NCBI GenBank assembly: GCA_036630325.1
Contig: CP142731.1
Span: 186,001 to 250,000 of the forward strand
Direction: 5' to 3'
Length of the DNA: 64,000 nucleotides
From: Vairimorpha necatrix
Lineage: Eukaryota
Made by a program: the position numbers and the translations under genes. How positions within the stretch are numbered: the first letter of the stretch is position 1; each line of letters begins with the position of its first letter. Below are positions 1-8,868 of the stretch, piece by piece. Below the pieces are notes generated by a model, which was not told the DNA's origin, did no database searches, and saw only the letters and a list, made by a program, of their open reading frames with translations.

Positions 1-301
1 GTATGATTCTTAAGATAATTTTCTTGTTTTTTCATACAATTTATAAAAACTAATATAACTTTATATTTATTTTTTATTCCTTCTAAAATACGCAATCCCC
101 AATTTACATCTCCAAGGCCTGCTTCTATTCGTATTAAAATTAATATTTTTTTAATATTGTTTTTCATAACTTGGGTAAAATTAAATATTTTTAATAAATT
201 TTTAGAAAATCAAAACATTTTATTTCTGTGTTTTAAAATATAAAACGCATTTGATTGGTTTTTATAAACAAATTTATTCTATATGTATGACGTATAAATA
301 A

Positions 302-742
302 TTATATATAATCTATTTTGTTCTTTTTTTCTTTTCGATTTATTCGTTTTTTTATTCTTTTATAGGCACATTCTACATCTTCATTTACAAATTCTTCTGT
401 CGCTTCTTTAAGTTCGTCATGTTTTGATACTTCTATTTGTTTGTACACACTGCTAATATATTTTTCATAACAAGCTTGTTCACTTTTATTCATAATTTGA
501 CCAATAAGCCCCCACTGGGGCTTGAGATGTCTAGAGATTTCTAATAATTTCTCTTGTTCTTCTTCTGTCCACGTATTATTTAAACTTAAAAAATTTTCAA
601 ATCTTTCTTTGCACTCAAGGGGTGTTCTTTTCAGGAGAGAAGAGACTTTGTTCCACTTGTTTGGGCCGTATTTCATGACGCCCATTTTCAAGATTTCGTC
701 TTCTGATTTCTTCCACAAGTTATTCTCTTTTTCTAGAGCCAT
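302..742 (-). CDS. CEF1: Myb/SANT-repeat protein, Cef1/CDC5-like (short; Myb repeats plus basic tail)
   Basis: WKKSEDEILKMGVMKYGPNKWNKVSSLLKRTPLECKERF and WTEEEQEKLLEISRHLKPQW resemble the two N-terminal Myb repeats of CDC5/Cef1. CCCCC lies 5 nt before the ATG. Confidence 0.75.
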   Translation of the reverse strand: MALEKENNLWKKSEDEILKMGVMKYGPNKWNKVSSLLKRTPLECKERFENFLSLNNTWTEEEQEKLLEISRHLKPQWGLIGQIMNKSEQACYEKYISSVYKQIEVSKHDELKEATEEFVNEDVECAYKRIKKRINRKEKKNKIDYI

Positions 743-1039
743 GACTTGGGGGATAAAGCAAATTAAGACTTATTAGAAATTGAACTAGGCTGATCAATTT
801 TTAAAATGTATGTATTTTAAATTTAATATAAAATGTATAAATTTAGCCTTTATCTGATATAAACCAGCAGAAGATTAATTTTAAACACTTCTGTGCCAAT
901 GGGACAAATTATAATAAAATAAAAGCACTCCATTTTATTTTTTTTTAATGTTATGCCCAATTGGCAATTTCAATCTTATAAAAATATTATTGAAGTTTAA
1001 ATTTCTACATTAAAAATTATTTATTAATTTCTGCTTAGT

Positions 1040-2020
1040 TTACATTTTATTGTGTTTTATATCATCTAAAACTTTCCTTATTAAATTTACAGATTCGACT
1101 ATGTCCTCGTAGATCAAAAAATCTTTTGATTTTATATTCTGAAGTCCAGTCAAGTGCTCAGAATTTATTAATATTCCTTGACAACTTTCTACAAATAAAT
1201 CTAAGGATTCTTTTATCTTTCCTGTCTCCTTAACACAAGATTCCTCATCATACTCAATTTTAGAAACTGTCTCTATAAAACTATTTACACTTCGTGTTAT
1301 AGAATCTTCATCATGAAAAATTTGTTTGTCAATAACAAACTTGACAATATTCAAAAACTCATTAAATATCATTTCTTTCTTAATATCTTCATTAATATTC
1401 ATATTCTCTAATCTCTTTATATTGTCTCTATAAATTATATATTTCTCTAAAGAAGCATACCTAGTCTTATCTAATTTATCAATAAACAACTTATAATTAA
1501 AAATACCCTCAAAGGTACTTGTAAGTTCTTCTTGTATATTATTATCAATATATTCTACCATGTGATCTACAATCTCGTCTTTAATATTATATTTCTGAAT
1601 TATATATTCTAAAAAAAAATTAATTTTTAGAGTTATATTAGTTTCATTCAAAATTTGTTGGTTTAGATTTTCTTTCATTTTCAGACATGTAATAATTTGA
1701 CTAATATTTTCTATTTCGTCTTCCATATTACTAGGATATCTAACATCATAAACTTCTAATAAATCAAAGACTAGATTTTTGAAAGTATCTTCTTTCATTT
1801 GTATCAATTTCTTCCTCATACTGTGTTTTCTTGGTTTTTTATATTCCATGTCTGTTCGTCTATGAATTTCATTAATAATGTCATTGACAAATTTTTCAAA
1901 ATCTCTAACTGACAAGGTACTTAGCTTGTCAAAAGTCTCTTTTTTCTTTTCTGGTGATGAAAAATTTGTATGGTCTCCTAAGTAACTTTTTAGAGTATAT
2001 TTTATAATTTCTCTGTCCAT
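1040..2020 (-). CDS. Spa2/GIT-homology-domain (SHD) protein, polarisome scaffold-like
   Basis: Two SHD-like repeats, DKLSTLSVRDFEKFVNDIINEIHRR and RKKLIQMKEDTFKNLVFDLLEVYDVRYP, fit the pattern KLxxLSxxxFxxLxxDVxxExxRR. Confidence 0.65.
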   Translation of the reverse strand: MDREIIKYTLKSYLGDHTNFSSPEKKKETFDKLSTLSVRDFEKFVNDIINEIHRRTDMEYKKPRKHSMRKKLIQMKEDTFKNLVFDLLEVYDVRYPSNMEDEIENISQIITCLKMKENLNQQILNETNITLKINFFLEYIIQKYNIKDEIVDHMVEYIDNNIQEELTSTFEGIFNYKLFIDKLDKTRYASLEKYIIYRDNIKRLENMNINEDIKKEMIFNEFLNIVKFVIDKQIFHDEDSITRSVNSFIETVSKIEYDEESCVKETGKIKESLDLFVESCQGILINSEHLTGLQNIKSKDFLIYEDIVESVNLIRKVLDDIKHNKM

Positions 2021-2261
2021 AGTATGTTTTTTTTCTAATAAAATGTTTTATTTACTGTTTCAGTATGAAACAAAAATTTGAAACAATTAAAAAAATAAAA
2101 ATCAATTATTAATTTTATAAGTTTTGCGTTTCTGTCTAACAATTACATTGACTAAGTTTAATAAAATATTTATAGAAAAATTTTAAATGAAATTAAAAAT
2201 AAAGTTGGAAAGCGACATATGTTAAAAAATGCATTTGCATTTAAAAAAAACTATAATGAGA

Positions 2262-2475
2262 TTTATGAATGCACTTTAGGTTGGACAATCCAAAAACATT
2301 TGAAAGAAATATGATGAAAAAATTTGAATGCTCATAAGGTTGAACAATACAAAAACATGTCAAATAAATTTATAAATCCAGTATGAAATTAAATTAATGC
2401 GGCAAATGTTAAACAACACAAAAACATTTCAAAAATTTTTTCATAATTTCATATGCACATTAGGTTGAAAAATTG
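2262..2475. repeat. Degenerate ~60-65 bp repeat (about 4 units) upstream of the RFC gene
   Basis: The core tAGGTTGrACAAtmCAAAAACATtt recurs at ~2277, 2335 and 2405, with a partial copy at 2460. Confidence 0.6.
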
Positions 2476-2513
2476 AAAGCTGTTTTTTAAGAAAAAATAT
2501 TAAACCCTCAAAA

Positions 2514-3431
2514 ATGAATGCGCCTTTTGTTGAAAAATATAGACCATCTTCATTCGACCAAGTTGAAGGCAATGAAGAAGTCATAGCTTGTCTTAAATCA
2601 ATACAAAATTCCCAAATAATTCCCAACATGTTGTTTTATGGCCCACCTGGTACAGGAAAAACAACTTCAATCCGAATTTTGTCAAATTTTTTACCAAATT
2701 CAAGTATTTTAGAATTAAATGCAAGTGACGAGCGTGGAATTTCCATAGTAAGACACACAATCAAAGAATTTGCTTCTACTTTTAGTAAAACAATTAAACT
2801 TGTCATTTTAGACGAAGTTGATTTTATGACCAGAGATGCTCAAAATGCACTAAGACGAATTATGGAAGATTTTAGTTCCACTACAAGATTCTGTTTAATA
2901 GCCAATTATCCTAAAAAGATTATTTCTCCGATTCTTAGTAGATGTTCTAAGTTTAGATTTAATCCAATAAAAAATTTTAAAAAAAGTGTCTTAGATTTGT
3001 GCCAATTAGAAAAAATTGAGATTGACGAGACAGGCTTGGAATTTCTAAATAGAACTTGTTACGGAGATATGCGTAAAGTTATCAATGACGTACAAGCAAT
3101 AAGCAAATCATTTGGGAAAATTGATAGATATTCAGTATTGAAATTTAATTCGACTATGAGTAAAGAAGATTTCGGAGAAATATTTGAGTCACTAAATAAA
3201 AAAGATTTTGACTCTATGCTTCATGACATTGAAGTAGTAAAAGAAACAAAGTCTGTAGATCTTCTATCAATAATTGGGCACCTGTGTGAATATGTCGTAA
3301 AATCTAAAATGAAAAATAAGATGAAAATATTAAAATTAATGAGTGAGATAGAATGCCGAACAAGTCTCGGGTGTAATGAAAATGTACAACTTAAAGCATT
3401 AATCAGTGTATTTTCGCTATATCGAGATTAA
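2514..3431 (+). CDS. Replication factor C small subunit (AAA+ clamp loader)
   Basis: Motifs PFVEKYRP, Walker A GPPGTGKTT, LELNASDERG, Walker B ILDEVD, AQNALRR, SRC and GDMR. CCC lies upstream of the ATG. Confidence 0.95.
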   Translation: MNAPFVEKYRPSSFDQVEGNEEVIACLKSIQNSQIIPNMLFYGPPGTGKTTSIRILSNFLPNSSILELNASDERGISIVRHTIKEFASTFSKTIKLVILDEVDFMTRDAQNALRRIMEDFSSTTRFCLIANYPKKIISPILSRCSKFRFNPIKNFKKSVLDLCQLEKIEIDETGLEFLNRTCYGDMRKVINDVQAISKSFGKIDRYSVLKFNSTMSKEDFGEIFESLNKKDFDSMLHDIEVVKETKSVDLLSIIGHLCEYVVKSKMKNKMKILKLMSEIECRTSLGCNENVQLKALISVFSLYRD

Positions 3432-3537
3432 TTTATAAACAAAAAAACAATAAAATGAATGTAAATTTACTGAAAATAAATTGCAATAAATTTATCTATG
3501 TTTTGATTTTCTTTTAAAAAATTTAGACTGCGGTATT

Positions 3538-3662
3538 TCAAAATGTAAATTTTCATATTGTAAATTTTGAAAATGTAAATTTCCATATTGTAAAATTTTG
3601 AAAATGTAAATTTCCATATTGTAAAATTTTCAAAATTTAAATTTCCATATTGTAAAATTTTA
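3538..3662. repeat. Tandem minisatellite, ~30 bp unit, about 4 copies
   Basis: AAAATGTAAATTTCCATATTGTAAA(A)TTTTG repeated head to tail. Confidence 0.85.
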
Positions 3663-3786
3663 ATGTGCTCTATTAAACAAACAATGTGCCTTAAGAATCC
3701 AAATTTACTAGATTTCAAGATTCAAACCTATACCTTCAACAGACTCATTATAAAAAATAAGATTTTATTTATTTTTTAAGCCCTTA

Positions 3787-5172
3787 ATGAATAACGACAT
3801 TGATTTAGATATTTATTTAGTTTCACTAATGAATTCTCTAATTATAGACAATGAGATATCAGATAACTATAATGAAATACTAGAAAACATCTCTTTATTG
3901 TTATCTGATAATCCAAAATTATTTGATATAATAAATAAATCAAAATTCTTTTCTAGTAACTTGCTGAGGTGTCTCAGAAATGACGAATCATTTAATGAAA
4001 GCTTAGAATTTCTAAGTACAAATTTAAATAATTTGAATTTACCCGATTTATATTTTACAAAAAAATTTATATTTTTTATAACTGACAAATTGTATGAAAA
4101 AATGTATCAAAATTACGAATACATCTTAGATTTTATAGATGTATTTGTTGGTAAATACAAATTTACTATCAATTTGTTGTATGAATGTGGATTTTTTTGT
4201 TTATTAAATGGAATTATTGATACAAAAACATGTAAAATATACAACACAATTTTCAAAGGCGTCATTTCCAGTACTAAATCTTCTAAAGAAGATTTAGTCT
4301 CAAATAAAGATTGTTTTTATGAAATACAAAGGAAACAATTTGACTCGGAAATTATTTTCAATGAAAATAATTTAATAAAATTTAAAAAATTTTCATTTTT
4401 CAAAGAAGGCTCATCTTACCATGAAAAGATTTACGAAAATCTTGTAAACACCTCACTTTACAATTTAATTATGTGCGACTTCAAAGAAATGGACAATGTA
4501 ATAAATTATAAAAAAAATGAATATGAATTTTTATATGAAAATAATGAGTTAATAGAAGGATGTTTTGAGAAGAAATTGACTTATCTAAGAATTATTAGAA
4601 TACATTTTTATAATTATAAAGAAATGGTAGATATTGGATTTTTAAAAAAAATATCAAAATTTTTAACAGATAAACTTTTTAGTGTTAGGTACGAAGTTTT
4701 GTTGATTTTGAGTTTACAACAAGAAATGTATATAAGATTTAATGAAAATAAAATTCGTTGTATTTTTCAGATCTTAGAATATGAAATTACAGAATGTATA
4801 AAATGCGAGGAAGAAAAATGTGATGGAGAATGTACACTTTTATCAATTCTTGATTTTTTACATAAGATTTATACTTCAGGAAACAAATTGTTTTTCTATA
4901 AAATAAGTTTTTTAATTTTATTACGAGAAATTTCTAAAAAAATAGGCCACATTTTTATAGCAGAATATTTTAAAGACATCGTAGAATATTTCAAAATAGA
5001 AAGAAATAACATAAGTCGTATTTTATTCCCGTACCAACCAAAAAGAGGCAGTGCGCCTGAAATCAAACTAGATTTCTCAAATATTAAAAATAAAGAAAAT
5101 TTTTCTGAAATTGAGCTGGAAGATGAAAATTTATCAGAAATTGAATGGGAAGATGAAAATTTAATTAAATAG
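3787..5172 (+). CDS. Hypothetical protein (461 aa, probably helical), with a duplicated acidic C-terminus
   Basis: Long ORF with CCCTTA before the ATG. The C-terminus has EIELEDENL followed by SEIEWEDENL. Confidence 0.75.
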   Translation: MNNDIDLDIYLVSLMNSLIIDNEISDNYNEILENISLLLSDNPKLFDIINKSKFFSSNLLRCLRNDESFNESLEFLSTNLNNLNLPDLYFTKKFIFFITDKLYEKMYQNYEYILDFIDVFVGKYKFTINLLYECGFFCLLNGIIDTKTCKIYNTIFKGVISSTKSSKEDLVSNKDCFYEIQRKQFDSEIIFNENNLIKFKKFSFFKEGSSYHEKIYENLVNTSLYNLIMCDFKEMDNVINYKKNEYEFLYENNELIEGCFEKKLTYLRIIRIHFYNYKEMVDIGFLKKISKFLTDKLFSVRYEVLLILSLQQEMYIRFNENKIRCIFQILEYEITECIKCEEEKCDGECTLLSILDFLHKIYTSGNKLFFYKISFLILLREISKKIGHIFIAEYFKDIVEYFKIERNNISRILFPYQPKRGSAPEIKLDFSNIKNKENFSEIELEDENLSEIEWEDENLIK

Positions 5173-5475
5173 TCCAGCAGCCATTTCTGCATGTTTTTGT
5201 GTATGAATAATTTCTTTTAGTTCTTTAATTCGTTTTTTATGGACTTTTGTTTTTAAATGAGATTTAAGTGCATTTTCAGATATGAAAAATCTGTCGCATT
5301 CCATACAATAAAATTTCCCATTACTTGGCATATCTTCTAAGTCTTCTGGTTTTATATTATTTTTTATATTTTTTTGGATTTGATCTAAGCCCAAAGTTCC
5401 TTCTTTTTTTAGTCTATTGACGTTTACTCTCCTTTTACAGCGTTTTTTATATTTTTGTGTTGTTTTTTGTCTCAT
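5161..5475 (-). CDS. BUD20: C2H2 zinc-finger ribosome biogenesis protein, Bud20/ZNF593-like
   Basis: DMPSNGKFYCMECDRFFISENALKSHLKTKVHKKRIKEL and a C-terminal AEMAAG. CCCC precedes the ATG. Confidence 0.85.
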   Translation of the reverse strand: MRQKTTQKYKKRCKRRVNVNRLKKEGTLGLDQIQKNIKNNIKPEDLEDMPSNGKFYCMECDRFFISENALKSHLKTKVHKKRIKELKEIIHTQKHAEMAAGLFN

Positions 5476-5767
5476 TTGGGGCTGAAAAATGGAGATGTTT
5501 TTTTGAACTATCTTGAAAATAAGATTTGTTAAGAGGTGTTTATTTAAACTTAACGTCCTATATAATTTTGCTTTCTTATAAGTTTTTTCAAAGTAAGAAG
5601 GTTCTTAAGTTAAAAATTTCAAGTAATGAGAATATTATCTCAAAAAAAGTTTTTTAGTTACAAACTCAAAGTAAAAATTTTTTAAGTTATTTTTTTATTT
5701 AATAGTGTAATTATAAAGCTTTTTCATAATTTCACATTTTTTAGTTTATTTTACATGTCTCATTCTA

Positions 5768-6688
5768 TCAGACATAGTATTCTAGTTCTTTTTTCTTTGG
5801 TGTATAAGATGGTATAAAAGTTCTCAGCTTTATAAGCCCGAAAAATATTCCATTTATAGCAACCAGCCACAATAAACTTAGTGGTAAAAATATCAATAAA
5901 TTTCTAACGCCAAGCTCAATCAGAAATATCGGGCTAAAATATAAGAAGAGTACAATAGAAGAAAGAGTCTTGCTCAAAGGATTTTGTGGTATAAAAAAAT
6001 AAATGTGTAAAAGGAAATAAGTTAAAAGCGCAGAAAAGAATTCGTACTTGTTAAATTTACAGATTGTCGCACATGACAAATTAATCAAAAAAGGGACGTA
6101 ACTGACAAATAAAGTTTTTGATGAATAACTGCCAAGATTAATAAAAATCAAAAAGGCCTCAAGAAAAGCGATAAATAAAAATATCCACTTATTAGATGTG
6201 TTAATTAATCTTGTAAATAAAAGATATCTAAGAATAACATAAGAAGTCTGTCTAACAAAAGCAAACTTAAGTCGCAATAAATTTCGAATAAGGGGCAGTA
6301 AAAGAAAGCCGCCTAGAATTAAATAAATAAGTAAAACATATTGAGAAATACTATAGTATAAACTTACTGGTAAAAAAAGAGTATTAAAAATGAAGCCTAT
6401 AAGAAATAAAGCACAGCAAAGAATATTGACCCTATCAAACATTCTAACAATGACATAAGAATCCTTCTCGTTGTCCAGTAAATTTATACAAGCATCTCCT
6501 GCTAGATCGTAGAAGTCTCTTTTATAATCGTCTTTAAGGATCGAATAAGCCCTGTTTAGTTCCATAAACTCCTTGTCTCCCTTTTTATTAATTAAGGGGT
6601 GAACTTTCTTGGCCATCTTTTTGTAAGCTTTTTCAATGTCAGATTTCTTGGAATTTTTGGGAACATTCAGAACATCGTAAAGACTCAT
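5768..6688 (-). CDS. J-domain (DnaJ-like) multi-pass membrane protein with non-canonical HPL in place of HPD
   Basis: N-terminus LYDVLNV...YKKMAKKVHPL...FMELNRAYSILKDDYKRDFYD, followed by several hydrophobic segments. Confidence 0.85.
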   Translation of the reverse strand: MSLYDVLNVPKNSKKSDIEKAYKKMAKKVHPLINKKGDKEFMELNRAYSILKDDYKRDFYDLAGDACINLLDNEKDSYVIVRMFDRVNILCCALFLIGFIFNTLFLPVSLYYSISQYVLLIYLILGGFLLLPLIRNLLRLKFAFVRQTSYVILRYLLFTRLINTSNKWIFLFIAFLEAFLIFINLGSYSSKTLFVSYVPFLINLSCATICKFNKYEFFSALLTYFLLHIYFFIPQNPLSKTLSSIVLFLYFSPIFLIELGVRNLLIFLPLSLLWLVAINGIFFGLIKLRTFIPSYTPKKKELEYYV

Positions 6689-7713
6689 TTTGAGGGTAAA
6701 AAAAATTAATAAATATTATTAATTTATTACAGCAAAGATATTATCTTATTTAAAAAGTTGAATATATAAAGAAATTACATATTATTAGAAAATAATAATA
6801 TTGATAAAAAATTGTACTATAATTAAATTGTATATTAAATAATTTATAAGGGGTTATATAATTATAAAAAATCTTCTAAGAAATAATATGTGCTCGACAT
6901 GAGCCCAGACTTTTTAACTTTTCTAAGTGTATTGAAGAATAATAAAAAATTTTATATTGGCGTCTTATAATATTTAATAAATAAACCCCCTTATGCTTGT
7001 TAACTCCTTCAACATGGCGCCCGGTACGGAACAGAAAATAGAAGGACTAACATTCAGAATCGCTAAAGCCAAAGCAGACATGGAAAATGTGGAGCTATAG
7101 TTTAAAGCTCACAACATTATTTAAGACAAGGAAAAAATATCAATCTTCCTCAGGATTCTTGATAGGAAGGCCCAAATTTCAATAATCAAAAATTTACAAA
7201 TGTTACATGGAGACAATTAAAGGCTGGACTAAAAAAAATAACAGAGGAAATAACTCTTTTGAATTCATTGGAAACTAGACAAAGGCTAAATGAACAGTGA
7301 GCGAATGGTTAGATAGAATTATAACTATTGCTTATGATTCTGGTATGGAAGAAGAATTTGCTAAAAAAACAATTTCAAGAACATTTTTAACTTTAGAAGG
7401 ATTCTTAAATTTTAGAGACTACTTTGCTAACCAATCAGTATACGATGATTTTCAGAACAAGATAAAACTATTAAGGAGAAGAAAATTATTTATATAAAAA
7501 GCAAAAATTAAAAATAAGAAAACCTCAAACTCAGAACATTGAGCAGATAAGAATCAATAAACAACCTCTCAAAGAAGAACAAAATTTGCAGTTGAAAGAG
7601 TTATTGTTGGAACAAAACATGGGTTTATTTTTATAAAATTATTTAAAAGATCAGATGTCAAATATATCAACTCGATTATATATTTGACATTGACATTGAT
7701 ATATATTCCTACA

Positions 7714-8868
7714 CTACTTCCCCTTTAAAAGTTTTACATGATTTCGATTCGCTGTAATCGTTCTTCCGTCGTCAAGTAAAACACTATACGATTTAAACCT
7801 TTTATCCAAGACCGTTCCTTTATCTTGCCATTTTGGTTCCAGTTTCCCTCCTTGGGGCAAAATTAGTCTGTACCATACCCTGTCACCTACCTTTATTTCT
7901 TCCAATTGGGTCGCACCCGTTTTTTCATGTGTTGCATACTCCCCTCTGTATCGTTCTAAATTCTCCTTCGCTCTAGTCCTAAAGTCTGTTCTATCCATTC
8001 TAATATTAATTCCCTCCTGCAGATCCATATGATTAAGAACTAATCCTTGGTGCAATTCTATGGGCGCACAGCCTATGGCACGGTGATAGGACTGCATATA
8101 GGCTTTATTTACTTTTTTTGCACATTTGGCCCAATCGAACTTGCCAAATTCCGTGATCTTCCTCAGTTTAATTCCTATTGTTCTGTTAAATCTCTCTATT
8201 AATCCTGTGGTGGTCGGACTGTATGGTGATCCGTATTTCCAAGTAAACTGTTTCTCTTTTGCATAATCCTCACAGATTCGATTTTTAAACTCTCGTCCAT
8301 TATCTGTTAAAATTGCCTTCGGAATTCCATATTTCTTTATGATGTATCTGTCCACTAAATACACTATTGTGTTCATGTCTTTTGTATGGATCGGGATAAT
8401 CTCCCCCGTTTTTGAGAAATGATCTACCATTGTCAGTAGATACCTGTACCCGTCCTCACTCTCCTTGAATGGTCCTACTATGTCAATTTCCCAAATCTCT
8501 CCAATGTTGTTTGCCACCAATGGTACAATATCTTTGAATTGTTTTTGTTCTCTTTCCTGTTGGCAGATTTCGCAGTTCTCTACAAACTGATCTATATCTT
8601 TGTTAATTTCCTTCCATTCATATTTACGTCTCATGTTATATTTCATATTTTTCTTTGAGCCATGGCCCAACATATCGTGGTAAAATCTGACCAGTTCTAG
8701 TCCCCTTTCCCTGTTTATAACTTTCCTTTCTTCAGCAGTGCTTACCGTTTCAATTTTCTTCATCTCTATTTTGAAGTCTCTACTTAAATGGTCTACATAG
8801 TTTGAGGGTCCCGCAATATACTCAATTTCAAAATCATATTCCTGAAGGAGGAGCGACCATCTCGCCAA
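7714..8868 (-). CDS. Integrase part of the same polyprotein (continuation after a 1-nt frameshift)
   Basis: HHCC zinc finger (HDMLGH...CEIC), WEIDIVGP, TDNGREF, GLIERFNRT. The stop codon abuts the 3' LTR. Confidence 0.92.
   Translation of the reverse strand: MARWSLLLQEYDFEIEYIAGPSNYVDHLSRDFKIEMKKIETVSTAEERKVINRERGLELVRFYHDMLGHGSKKNMKYNMRRKYEWKEINKDIDQFVENCEICQQEREQKQFKDIVPLVANNIGEIWEIDIVGPFKESEDGYRYLLTMVDHFSKTGEIIPIHTKDMNTIVYLVDRYIIKKYGIPKAILTDNGREFKNRICEDYAKEKQFTWKYGSPYSPTTTGLIERFNRTIGIKLRKITEFGKFDWAKCAKKVNKAYMQSYHRAIGCAPIELHQGLVLNHMDLQEGINIRMDRTDFRTRAKENLERYRGEYATHEKTGATQLEEIKVGDRVWYRLILPQGGKLEPKWQDKGTVLDKRFKSYSVLLDDGRTITANRNHVKLLKGK

Noticed and set aside
3467-3718. 83-aa minus-strand ORF
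   Set aside because: It is an open frame produced by the 30-bp minisatellite.
6800-6957. 5' part of the third gypsy element (triple nesting)
   Set aside because: No matching LTR or recognisable pol motif was found, and the outer element's TSD is ambiguous.
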